This document shows positions 36,829-49,065 of a stretch of DNA of 64,000 nt, one piece after another. Each line of letters opens with the position of its first letter. Within the stretch, counting starts at the first letter, position 1. The position numbers and the translations under genes are program-made. Under the pieces are notes generated by a model that saw only the letters and a program-made list of their open reading frames with translations, made no database searches and was not told the DNA's origin. The DNA lies in contig JBHGNT010000003.1 of NCBI GenBank assembly GCA_043228905.1, positions 11,098,001 to 11,162,000 of the forward strand. The letters are read 5' to 3'. Source of the DNA: Azolla caroliniana. Lineage: Eukaryota > Plantae > Polypodiophyta.

Positions 36829-38517
36829 TTTTTGTGAAGATTTAATTGCCGAAACTAAAACAGACACAACCGGCTCAACCGGCTCAACCAGATAACAACA
36901 GAAAACACAGAGAAGAAACAATGGAAGAACATGGTGTCGTGAAGATTTTCGGCAACGGTGTGAAAATCGCGTGGAATGGAGAAAATCGAGAAGGTGCAAT
37001 GTGCACACGAATGAATGGGGCGATGGTTACACTCGTACGTTAGCATGTTGTAAATATAAATGAAATGAGAACCCCTAAGGCCTAGTAGCATTTTTGTGCA
37101 TACCAATACCATTAGGCTAAGTTATTACTTGTTATACTTTCATCATTGTATTTTTCACATGCTCATACATTAGAGCTTGAATGAGGGACATGGTCATCAT
37201 GCATCACATACGATGCATGAGCACCAAATGGCAATCATGCATTGCATGCATCTCATGCATTGTATGCAATCATATGCATGGGGGCATCTATATAAGAAAG
37301 AAAGGAGGCATCAATGAAGCTATGTAATAAATCAATTTTATCTTAATAAGAAAATCCTAGTTATCTTATTGGTGATGTGTCTTGATTCTCGAAATTGAAG
37401 TCAAAGGTTCAAACTTGGCATTGGAATTTCGCTCCGTCTATCTATCTATATATCTTAAACACTTCTTCAATTTCCATTTCTCTGTCTCTCACTCTCAAAC
37501 CATATTAGTGTGTCACTTCAACCGCCTACCCATCAATCCATCGCGCTTTCTATATATCTTAAACACTTCCTCAATTTCCATTTCTCTCTCTCTCACTCTC
37601 AAACCATATTAGTGTGTCACTTCAGCCGCCTAGACGTCAATCCATCATGCCATTGAGTCTGGTTCGGGTGCGTCTTTGACAACAAAGGACGATCTGATGT
37701 TAAACAAAGACCTTGGTGATCCCGTTCGACCAACCCTTAGGCGTGGAAATCCCATCATCAATCCTCCATAATCACTAGCGGATAGAGGCCCAATGCTTGT
37801 CCGCGCTTGTGACGTGCACATTCCGATGTTTGGCACGTATGTCACACGGCACGCGACAATGGTACGTGGGTGAGACAGAGAGATAAATGAAACTCAAATA
37901 CAAAAATAATAACACTCTATACATACAAATGTGCTCAGTGAGCAATGAGCACTTTTATACAAGTCCATAAAGGACGATTAGAAGTGCACACAAGTAGTTC
38001 AACGCTCATAACTGAGTTGTTGACATTAAATCCTAGGAATATAACTACCTAGTATACTAGGAGCGTAGGCCTTTAATGGCATGTCGGCTCTCTACAGATC
38101 CGGTTCTCCGATCTGGTTCTTTGATCCGATCGGGCTCACCGATCTTATCAGAGCCTAGCCGATCGGTCTTCATCCGATATGGCTCTTGGCTTGTTCAGCC
38201 GATCCGGCCCATGTTGAGCTTGCTTCTCAACACTTCCCCTCAAGCTCAACTTGAGGTTCCATCTAATCTGCTGGTTCCTCGCTTTGGCATCTCCTGCCAG
38301 CTTGTTTCCTGGCACATGCTCCTCGACCCGTCCGGTTCCACACTCTTCGACCTCCTCAGTCGGCTTGTTTGCTCGTAAGGCTCTTGTTAGCTCCCTCGCT
38401 ATCACAATATTGGCGCCCCTCAACCCGTCGTCTCCTCCGTCTCCGCGTCGGCTTCGGCTGCCTCCCTATCCTCTTGGCCTTCATGAAATTCGGCTCATCT
38501 GAATCAACCCACTGGAC

Positions 38518-39138
38518 CTAATCGGTTGTCTCCAATTTGTTCCCGCTCTTGTCCAAATCAGCTATCTCCAATTCGACATCCTTCTTCACGCCCTTGACCA
38601 CATCCGACCATGCCTTAGCCTTGGCCTTTTTCTTCCTGTCGGCTCTGTCCTTCTTGACTCTGCTACCTATTCCAACTCTACCGAATGTTTCGACTTCTTC
38701 AGTCGATTCAACGTCTTCTTTGGCTCTCATTTTGTCCTTGCTTGGTTCTTTCTCTGGCTTGTCAGTTTCTCTCCCCCTCAAGTGCGGAACATCGAGGTGT
38801 TGGATACCAAGCATCTCCGAGAAATGTTGCAACTTGTTCAACCCAAGCGCCTTGGTGAAAATGTCGGCAACCTGCTTATCGGATTGAACATACCGAAGTT
38901 CGACTTCACCGCTCAAAACCCGCTCGCGCACAAAGTGATAATGCATTTCGATGTGCGTCATGCAAGTGTGGAACAAGGGGTTCTTGGCCATCTGCACGCT
39001 ACTGATGTTGTCGCAGTAGATCGGAATCGGAGTGGGAACTTCGACCCGTAAGTCTTGCAACAACCGTCGAAGCCATATAGCCTCACAAGTTGCAAAAGTG
39101 GTGCCTTGATACTCAGCTTCGTTGTTTGATAAGGCCAC
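38518..39138 (-). CDS. Copia RNase H with a charged, lysine-rich C-terminal extension
   Basis: The ORF continues about 85 aa past HLRG and includes KAWSDVVKGVK. Confidence 0.75.
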   Translation of the reverse strand: MALSNNEAEYQGTTFATCEAIWLRRLLQDLRVEVPTPIPIYCDNISSVQMAKNPLFHTCMTHIEMHYHFVRERVLSGEVELRYVQSDKQVADIFTKALGLNKLQHFSEMLGIQHLDVPHLRGRETDKPEKEPSKDKMRAKEDVESTEEVETFGRVGIGSRVKKDRADRKKKAKAKAWSDVVKGVKKDVELEIADLDKSGNKLETTD

Positions 39139-39705
39139 TATTAGCTGCCTCTTGCTACTCTATGCTACAACCATGCTCCGAAGAGAGAACATGAAACCTG
39201 ATGTCAATCATCGATCCGACGCAACTCCGACCCAGTTGGCTTTTGTATAGCCGACTAACTATTTGGCTATGCCATGCTGGTACAAGAGTCCTTGATCCTT
39301 CATGTCGCTCACATACCACAATATCTTATGCGTGCACTGAAGATGCTCAACAATCGATCTATGCAAATGAATTGAATTATCACACCGACAGGATAGCTAA
39401 GGTGGGTTTGGGTGATCATTAGATAAATGAGGCTTTCGACGATTTGCCAGAATTGTTTCTCATCACAGGCTGCGAGTCAGGACGAAGCTTCAGGTTTCGG
39501 TCGAGGGGAGTGGAGACGGATCAACAATCCATCATGTTGAATTTGTACATCATATTCAACACATAATGTCATTGAGATAATAATATGTCGTCGGGGGTGT
39601 GGATCACTTCGATCCTGAGAAGGTAGTGAAGGTCCCCTAAATCCCTCATCTCGAATGCACCCGACAACTAGGACTTGACTTGGCTGATTTCAACATAATC
39701 GGGGC

Positions 39706-41193
39706 CTTCCCATAGAGAGAGTGTTCACACTGGTCAGTGGACATCGTTCTAGAGTATTTTTGTTATTAGTAGAAACTTGGACACTTGCCCTAGATCAGTT
39801 GGTATTTAAACCAACACTTAGTAACTTAGTTAATAGTTGGATGTAATATATAGTTTCTTGTTTAGAGTTCTCTCTCTCATTCTCTCTTGTGCACATACAC
39901 ACTCACACACACAGTCCTTCTGCTGCACAGAATCACCCTCGATTCTTAACATGGTATCAGAGCGCGTGGTAGCTTGATCCAAGCCCATCGCCTTTACATG
40001 TGTTGTGCTCAAACTCGTAGAGAACCAACTAATCGTTGTAGCAACGGTTTCTGCACAACTCGCATCAAGAGTAGAAGAAGTTCAACAATGAACACCCAGA
40101 TGGGAAGCGCTCTTCCCACTAAGAAGCTTGATAGAACAAACTTCGCATCTTGGGAGTACAAGATGCATCAGTAACTTGCCATGCAAGGTTACTGGAGTTA
40201 CATCGAGGGAGCTCACGAAACGCAATCCAACCCGACACATGCTGACTACCTAGTGTGGGAGCAGGCCGCGAGCCGTGTGGTGTATTGCCTTGCTTCGTGC
40301 GTCCATGACCACATGCTCGGCTATATTCAAGATTCAAAAATGCCAAAAGAAGCTTGGGGAAATCTCAAGAAGATCTTTGCAGCCAATACGGCTGCACAAA
40401 AGCTCCAACTTCGGTAGGAGCTAAACAACATGCAACCGAGGGATATGTCGATCACCGACTATACCTTGAAGATCAAGGAGCTGTGTGATGCCCTCGGATC
40501 GATCAATGTCATCATCAACGATGACAAAATGGTGCAAATATGCCTCGGAGGCTTAGCACCATGATTTGGCATGATCAGATCGGCCATTCTTGCAAGGGAG
40601 AACCCTCCCTCCAATTTTGACCTTCAATCGATTCGGTTGGTCGACGAAAATCACGTTCGACAAAGGAACAATGCGCTTGATGGTCATATGCTCTACTCAC
40701 AGTCGGATCATAGAAGAGGAGTACAACAGGTGACACGGAAGCAGCCGAGAAGCAGAAGTAACCGACCCGAGGAGTCGAAGCACGACGAACAACAAGCATG
40801 AAGCCGAAAAGCCGAAGAACCAAGTTCGAAGATTTTGAAAGCTGGAAGCCGATTCATCCAAATCAAAGAATTCCGAAGACCGAACCAAAACGACTTTTCA
40901 ACATACGGAAGTTGTGTTCGAAGGGGTGTGTTGAGAATCGAACTCAACTTCCCATAGAGAGAGTGCTCACACTAGTCAGTGGACATCGTTCTAGAATATT
41001 TTTGTAATTAGTAGAAACTTGGACACTTGCCCTAGATCAGTTGGTATTTAAACCAACACTTAGTAACTTAGTTAATAGTTGGATGTAATATATAGTTTCT
41101 TGTTTAGAGTTCTCTCTCTCATTCTCTCTTGTGCACATACACACTCTCACACACAGTCCTTCCCCTGCACAGAATCGCCCTCGATTCTTAACA
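39706..41193 (+). mobile_element. Short gag-only Bryco-like element (TR-GAG-like)
   Basis: LTRs 39706-39950 (5'-truncated) and 40929-41193; PBS TGGTATCAGAGC at 39951; gag 40088-40720 with stops; no pol. Confidence 0.88.
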
Positions 41194-41350
41194 TAAGAGA
41201 ATACCGGGATGCCGACTCGTCGAACACGACGTCTCGGCTCACTCACACCTATTTGATCTGAGGGTTGTAGCACTTATGCGAGTAACTGACTAGGATACAC
41301 TTCTCTGACTTCGCGTCCAGCTTCTTTTGCTTCTCATCCGACACATGCAC

Positions 41351-42790
41351 TGTAAAAGTTATGTGCGCAGGGTTGGAACAGAAAATACGTAGGTTTAATG
41401 GAAAGCTTCAAGTGCACAGAGAGTATATGGGAGAGACAGAGCATAAACTCAATTCAAAATAATAAAAAACTTTGTACATTGAATGTTCTTAGAGAGCACT
41501 TTTATACAAGTCCTTATAAGGACTGACACAAGTACCGTCAATACTTGAATGCTCTCATAAGTGAGCCCCTACTCTAACTCCCTAATATATTCCTTTGCGG
41601 AATATCTTTCCAACAGCCTTGCGGTTCCCACCGATCCGGCCTCGTCAATCAGTCTCCATCCGATCCGGCTCCCTACTTCTTCAGCCAATCCGGGTCTAAG
41701 TTGAGCTTGCTCGCACAACACTCCCCCTCAAGCTCAACTTGAGGTTCTCCTTGAGTCAACATCTAACTCTTCCTAGCGTCTCCACCCCTTACTCGCGCTC
41801 TTCATCTGCTTTGTTTCTACGTTCCTCGACCCCTACGGTCCTTCGCTTTTCGACCCGTCGGCTCCTCCATCTCGGCGTTGACCTTCGCTGCCTTCTCATC
41901 CATTTGGCCTCCAATCGGTTTGGTTCCTCTTACTCAAATGCCTCTTTTGAATCGGGTGCCTCTGATTCATTCCAGCTCTTGTCAAGATTGGTTGTCTCCA
42001 ATTCATCCTCAATCTTCAGGCCCTTCACCACATCAAACCATGTCTGGGTCTTGGCCTTCTTCTTTCGGTTGGCTCTGTCCTTCTTGACTCTGTCACCGTT
42101 GTCACTTGTTCCGACTTTATCAGATGTGCCGACTTCTTCAGTCGACTCGGATCCCTTTTTCCTCTTGTCTCCCCCTATTTCTATTAGAGCGATGGTCTAA
42201 CGTAAGCATATGATAAGGATAAAAGATATAAGAAATAAGAAAGGTGAGAGAGAAAGAAGGGTGCCTTCTACCTGACCACCCCCGAGCAAAGGGATCGAGA
42301 CAGACTTGAGCCTCGATTGGCGTCCCATACCACCGTCGTGGCGTCGAGTTGTATCTGGTGTTGGTACGCTCGCTACAAGAGTTGACCCACCACAAAAACA
42401 GAGTCTCGATGTAGTCAAGAGATTCTGAAATGAGGGTAGATAGGCCTCATCATATTTATAGCCAGACCTAAGCCCCTAGGTAAGTTCACACTTGGCCTAA
42501 TGGGTTGTCTCAATCCCGAGTATTAAAAGTAATCCTCCCCTTCTTTATACTCTTGTTTAACCCTCACACTTTATCCACGTGTATAGAATACTACGGTAAA
42601 TTCTCACCACGGGATATTTTATGGTCATGCTCGTAACAGTTTCGGTCTTTTCTTCCTTCTTACCAACTGCTTCTCTGATGCCTTTACCTATCTCCCGATT
42701 CCTGTTCCGGTTCTCCCCCTCAAGTGCGGCATATCGATATATTCTAGTCCAAGCATCTCGAAAAAGTGTTGCAACTTGTCCGATCCGAGT
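41351..42790 (-). mobile_element. Another Bryco-like Copia 3' end: LTR 41351-41720, PPT, tail and RNase H end
   Basis: CAACA|CTCCCCCTCAAGCTCAACTTGAGG junction; TWFDVVKGLK; DKLQHFFEMLG...HLRG. Confidence 0.85.
42182..42638 (-). repeat. Solo LTR-A
   Basis: Complete LTR; flanks ATTTC/GTTTC (4/5 TSD). Confidence 0.9.
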
Positions 42791-45700
42791 GGAACTCAGA
42801 TTTTGATGGAGAGGAAACAATCGAAAGAGATTTTTTTTTTACACATTGAATAAAATCAGTACAATTGTTCAATACAAAGGTAATGGAATGGTGAACCCAA
42901 TCAATAGATAAAGAAGAGTATTTATTATAAAACCAGGAATAACCCAGTATTACATCAATGGTACAAAGATTCATTACATGGAAGTAAACTTCCTCTGTAT
43001 AAGTATAAATAGAAATTCCTAATGAATGAATTACCCTGTTGATGTATTGTACTCTTCCATCAGCCAAGTGCACCTTATACGTGTGATCAATTACGGTGGG
43101 TTGGATTCCCCATATCTGAACCAAACGATCATTTACAAAGTTGTGTGAGCTTCCCGAATCAAATAAAAATTGTACGGGGGATCCATTGATATACCTATTT
43201 GCACGTAGTAAATCATTGGGTCCCAATACATAGTGAGGGAAAGAACATTTACAATTAGTTAAATGATGTGTATAAACATCAAGGACATAAGGAATCTGAC
43301 CTTTATGGTCTACAACTTTGATTTTGTTGTCGTGCTCTTTTCGTTGGAGCTTCTGACATTACTCTTTCGTGTGACCCTTCATTTTTAGAACAGGCAAAAA
43401 GGATTTTGTCGCTTACAATTGCAATCCATGAATTCGTTGGGTGTGCCGCATTTCCTAGCGAATTGCGACTGCTTAGTCCCAGGCGCTTCGTTGGGTTTCT
43501 TATGGTCCTTCTCTTCGAAGAGGGATCCTTATCGTGTATTATCCAGCGATAGTCCAAATTGGGGATGCCATTGACAAAACAAGCTATTAACCAATTGTCC
43601 CCTTCTAGACCCGATTTTTGGATTTGGGTTCTATCATGGTGAACATAGTCTTTTAGCGAGGAATTTTTTTTCAAGTAGAGAGGTTCATTAAAGCTTGTGT
43701 TGCTTCGGTTCGAGATAGAGGTTGTAGAAATTGACCCTTCAAAATTATGACAATGTTTGTCCAGGTATCAGGAAAATAACCCGTAGTGCGGAGCCCACAC
43801 CACCAGGCGGCGGCCTTACCCCCTAGTTCTCGACCGGCATATGCAATCTTTGTACTATCTAGTTTGGGATAGAGCTCAAAATGAGACTCCCATCGGCCCA
43901 GTCATGTGCAGATTCCTTCTGCTTGGGCAGATGTCATCGGGTCATTATTATGATCCATTGAATGATAATTTCTGGCACTGAAATAGGATAAGGTCAAACA
44001 AATAGTCAGAACATCATGTCGTGATGTAAACATATCATGGGCAAACATTAATCGATATCATGATCTCATGTCAATACCCCTCTAGACGTATGAGATGATG
44101 TTCAAGATTAGATTACTATGGTAACACAAAGGTGTTTTAAAAACCATCGGGGTGACAATCTTGATATTGATTTTTTCATGGCGGCTCCCTGAGGCTCAAC
44201 CATGTATGTTTGTGTCATGAATAGTTTATACATGAAAAAGTGTTAACAATAAACTAGGACATTGTGCCCACCTGGCATGTGGTTTCGGCTCTTTAAGTCC
44301 TATTACGAGCACCCCGAAGTGCACTTAGACCTAAAGTTTAAACATGTTTGATAGTCATATGTATCAACAATGTTGTATAGACTTGGTCATATTTGAACTC
44401 GAGACCTCGAGAACAAATACATTGAACACTTGAGCTAACCAAATGGTTTGCTCCTTTTAAATGTTTAAAGTTTATGCGTATGAGAGATATGCGAAGGCAT
44501 TTGTCCATATATGTTTTTTAAATGAAAACATATATGTGGCGAGAAACCTTATTTCCCCCTTGTTAACAGGAAAACTATGTTGGTACGTTACCCAACCTCA
44601 AGGCTCATCATTACAATGAAATACTCCAAAGTGCAACCTAATGGTCAAGCCACATGAGCCCTCTTTTCGTAGTAGGCCCATGTGACCCATCACATGGTTA
44701 CATCATTACGAATGCCTTTCATAATGATGATCTCATGGTGGCATCGTAACCATGTAAGGAGGGAGGGATGTTGGATGTGTGTCATAGGAGCGACCTCACT
44801 TGAAGTGGGTCAAGCCCTATGCTCTCAACATCATTGTGGCTATGATCATTTCACTATAATGCATAGTAAGATCGAAGTGACCAACAGGGATGACAACAAA
44901 AGAAATTGTTGAAAAAGGATGGTGACTAGGGCATTCTTACAAAAATGTGAGGACGGCCACAAAGATCCTTTCCCCGAAAATGACAACGTTTGATATACAA
45001 AATTGTGTAATAAAAACTAATATACACATATTTATGAAAATCACATGTATACGATTAAATACGTATACACGTGATTACATATGCATATAAAAAAAATCGT
45101 AACATCACATAGCCAACGAATGATGTAATCGAGATACATAATCGACGCATATAGCCCCACATACACGAAACATCCAAAATAAAGGTGAACGTAATATGCA
45201 ATTGAGGTATTGACCTCTTACGCATATGACACAAATCACATATCATTCACATAGAAATCGAGGTATTGACCTCATACGCATATGTAACATATGTATGTGA
45301 GCATAACACACAATTGAGGTATTAACCTCGTACACATACGACACAAATCACATATCAAATATATGTTAAATGAGGTATTGATCTGATACACATATGTATA
45401 CATTTTATACAACCAATTAATTACCACTACAACATCATTGAATCAATAAAAAAAACACATATTGACTATACAGATTAGATTGGGAGATGAAAGAATAGTG
45501 AAAAAAAAAGAGTGTTACTAAAGTTCGCTTGTTAATGCTTTTCTGGATCAAGGTCAACCGCACATCAATCGATCTCCATCCAACAAAAAATCAATCAACA
45601 AACGAAACATTAGAAGAAAAGCTATGATACCAATTGTTAGAGCTAGCTACTAATGTAAGCATGAGATAAGGATGTAATAGATATAAAATAATAAAGGAGA

Positions 45701-46073
45701 GCGGAAGAGGGGTGTCGATCCACCCAATCACCCCCGAGCAAAGGGATCAAGACGGACTTGAGCCTCGATCGGCATCCCATACCACCATCGTGGTGTCGAG
45801 TCGTACATGGTGCTAGCGCGCTCGCTGCAAGAGTTGACCCACCACAATGACAGAGTCTTAACGTAGTCGACAATGTTTCAAATGAGGGTAGCTAGGACTC
45901 ATATTTATAGCCAGACCTAAGGCCCCCATGCAAGTTCACATTTGGCCTAATGGGTTGTCCCTATCCCAAGGATTAAAAGTAATCATTTCCTTCTTTACAC
46001 TCTCGTTCAACCCTCACACTTTATCCACATGTATAGAATACTACGGTAAAACTTACCACGGGATATGGTCATG
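42791..46073 (-). mobile_element. Chromovirus 5' half: LTR-A (45635-46073), iMet PBS (45621-45632), repeat-rich leader, gag and protease
   Basis: QFLFDSGSSHNF and DVILGYSW, homologous to 30900-32600; PBS TGGTATCATAGC links LTR-A to this lineage. Confidence 0.82.
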
Positions 46074-46076
46074 TCT

Positions 46077-46457
46077 GTATTGGCATAGAGAGAGGGTAAA
46101 AGAAAAGGACTTTGCTTTAGTGAGGGTGCACACATCAGAGAACGGATCGGAAATGTTGACAAAGGTGTTGTCAGTGGAGAGGCTAAACGCGTGTCGAAGT
46201 CAAGTCGTCTTAACGAAGCACCCCATTCTGGAGTGAAGGGGGAGTTTTTTGAGAAATAGGTCCCTCCGGATGGGCCGAACACCAGATAGGAGAGATAGCA
46301 GTCTGGATAGGTATCCGGAAAATAGGACACATTAGTAAATAGCCGAAAAATTATCTAAGTATAAAGATAACTAGGGAAAACTTTATGTAAATATAGAGAG
46401 TTAGAATTATCATCGAATTATGTGTGCGAGGTCATTGCCTCTACTGCAAAAAACATT

Positions 46458-46547
<90 letters not shown>

Positions 46548-46810
46548 AAGAGAGAGAGCATGAGCATCTTTGTTGTAACCACCTTCAACGCGAAGAGGAC
46601 GAACTCAAGGTTGATGCTTGTGAGTTCCCTTTTGTATTTTCTTTCTTCTCATAGTGATTTGTTTGGAGTCTGTGGTCTCTCATGGTTTTTTACCCGATTA
46701 GGGGTTTTCCACGTTAATATCTTGCATACAACATTTTTTGGTTTTCTCTATTTTTCTTGTTTCCCATTCCGCACTTGAATCTTGGTTGTGGCCAAGCCCC
46801 GTTTTTCAAT
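46077..46810 (+). mobile_element. Copia-C relative: RNase H end, PPT and diverged LTR with a (TG)n(AG)n microsatellite
   Basis: VHTSENGSEMLTKVL; GGAGTGAAGGGGGAG; AGGTCCCTCCGGATGGG and GGTTGTGGCCAAGC shared with LTR-C; no 54-bp array. Confidence 0.85.
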
Positions 46811-49065
46811 CAGAAAGTTGACCAATGAGCCTGTCGCTAATTCAAAGAACAAGTTGTTGAGAGGTACAATAAATTTTTATGATCTATTATTACTTGAACT
46901 CGATGTTGCGTGTTAGAACTAGATCCTAATGTAAGCATATGATAAGGAAATATAATATAAATAGATAAGAGTGGAGAGAGAGAAAGAAGGGTGTTGATCC
47001 ACCCGCCCATCCCCGAGAGAATGGATCGAGACAGACTCGAGCCTCAATCGGCATCCCATACCATTGTGGCATCAAGTCGTACTTGGTATTGGCGCGCTCG
47101 CTTCAAGAGTTGATCACCACGAGAACAGAGTCTCGACGTAGTCGATAATGTGTCAAATGAGGGTAGTTAGGCCTCATTTTTATAGTCAAACCTAAGGTCC
47201 CTAGGCAAGTTCACACTTGGCCTTAATAGGTTGTCTCAATCCCAAGGATTAAAAGTAATCCTTCCTTTCTTTACACTCTCGTTTAACCCTTACACTTTAC
47301 CCACGTGTATAGAATACTACGGTACAATCTTACCACGGGATATTATATGGTCATGCCCGTAAAATTGCGTCGCAACCAAGTAAGGTTTCCACTCCGTGAA
47401 AGTTGGAATTATAACAACGAGCTCCTTGTTTTAGATGGGATAGTTGATTTCTAGAGTTGTGAATTTTTGGGAATAGTATGCCACCGGATGTAGGATGCCA
47501 TCATCATCGGTTTGGGATAAGATGGCACCAATGACAAAGTCAAAGGCATCTGTTTCAACTTGAAAAGGCTTAGTGGGGTCGGCGTGAAGGAGGATTGGAG
47601 CACTAGTGAAAACTTCCTTGAGTAGGTTGAAGGCATGCTAAACATCCGGAGTCCATTGAAACGACATCTTTTATGAGTAAAGCTCAATCAAGGGTTGTAC
47701 TATGACAAAGAACCCCTTCATAAATCGCTGATGGAAATTCACGAAACCAAGGAACGATTGGACATCCTTTACTTGTTTCATGGTCACGGTCCATTCTTGG
47801 ATAGTCTTGATTTTCCTTGGATCCATTGTGATGCCCTAGGGTGAGATAACATAACCAAGAAATTCTACTGAATTGTGATCAAACTCACATTTTTCGCTCT
47901 TGGTATAAAGGCCATGCTCCCTGAGTTTGGAGAGAATCAATTGAACTTGGTGAGTATGCTCTTCAATGCTCAACGTGAAGACAAGAATGTCATCAAGGTA
48001 GACAACAACAAATTGAGATTCAAGATATTCTCAAAATATGTCGGTTCATATGTTGAAAAACAATTGGAGCATTGGTGTATCCAAAAGGCATTACCTTGTA
48101 TTCAACGTGTCTATATTGTGTACGAAATGTTGTATTCCATTGATCACCAAGTTTAATCTGAACTAGGTTGTGTCCCCCCCCCAAGTCAATCTTGGAGAAG
48201 ACATCAACACTACGAAGGCGATTGAGGAGTTCTGGGATTAGAGGTAAAGGGTAGCAATTACGTACTGTCATTTTATTGAGGTCATGATAATCGAAACACA
48301 GGCGCAACGATCCATCCTTTTTCTTCACAAACAAGATGGGGGCCCCAACTAGTGACTTAGACGGTTGGATGAAGCCCTTCTCCAAATTTTCAGCTAGATA
48401 TGTTCGAAGAGCCTCTAGTTCTGGTTACAAAGGCCATAGATGGGCCTAAAGAGTGGGGAGGAATTGGAGTGAGGATTGACAAGGGACCATGCTCTACAGA
48501 TAGGAGAGAACTTTGGCCTTTCATCCTCGATTTCCATTGGAGTACTAGCTTGGAGTTTCTGTAGGGATTCCCGAAGATTTTCATTTTCAAGTTGAAGTTG
48601 TTGCATGGCTTCCAATAGTTGATTTGTTCACTAGGTAGAATTTGACATGATGAGGTTTTGGAGATGGAAGGTGAACAAATTATCATGGATAGATAGAGTA
48701 GAGCAAAATAGAGCTAGGCGAAAGGTAAGATACTGAGAGATAAAGTGAGAAGCAAGAGATAAACAAGGTAGAATATTGGATTCCACAACTGGCATTGTTC
48801 ACCTTGACTACGGTCAAGGTGACCCCTTGTATTTATACATGTTTGTGGGCTCTACATGTAGTTCCATGCAAAGATCCATTTTCATGCACAAGCTTCTGGA
48901 ATGTTCCAACTTCTAGAGCTTTCAGGAAGCTTCTAAAAAACTCCTAACATGGAATAAATAATCTACTAATAATTTGCGAAGATGTACATAACATAACCAT
49001 GTATTGGATGTGTTGGTTTAAAACATAACACTTCATTATAATACAAGAGGTCAAGAAACATGACA
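46811..49065 (-). mobile_element. Decayed Tcn1-like element: RNase H, RT, deleted gag-PR and probable 5' LTR
   Basis: [58 protein letters not shown]; LTR end ...ACATGACA at 49065. Confidence 0.8.
46911..47364 (-). repeat. Solo LTR-A with perfect TSD
   Basis: TTGCG at 46906-46910 and 47365-47369. Confidence 0.93.

Larger units (their letters stand above)
37865..41350 (-). mobile_element. Decayed Bryco-like Copia 3' half: LTR (to 38232), PPT, tail, RNase H, RT and an integrase fragment (41194-41350)
   Basis: ALSNNEAEY, YCDNISS, HYHFVRERV, EMRDLGDLHYLLRIEV; KKLDAKSEKCIL...VSRDVVFDE. Confidence 0.88.

Noticed and set aside
44213-44990. Solo Tcn1-type LTR with defined ends
   Set aside because: The start resembles the LTR at 21922, but I found no matching TSD or clear 3' end, so it is not listed as a feature.
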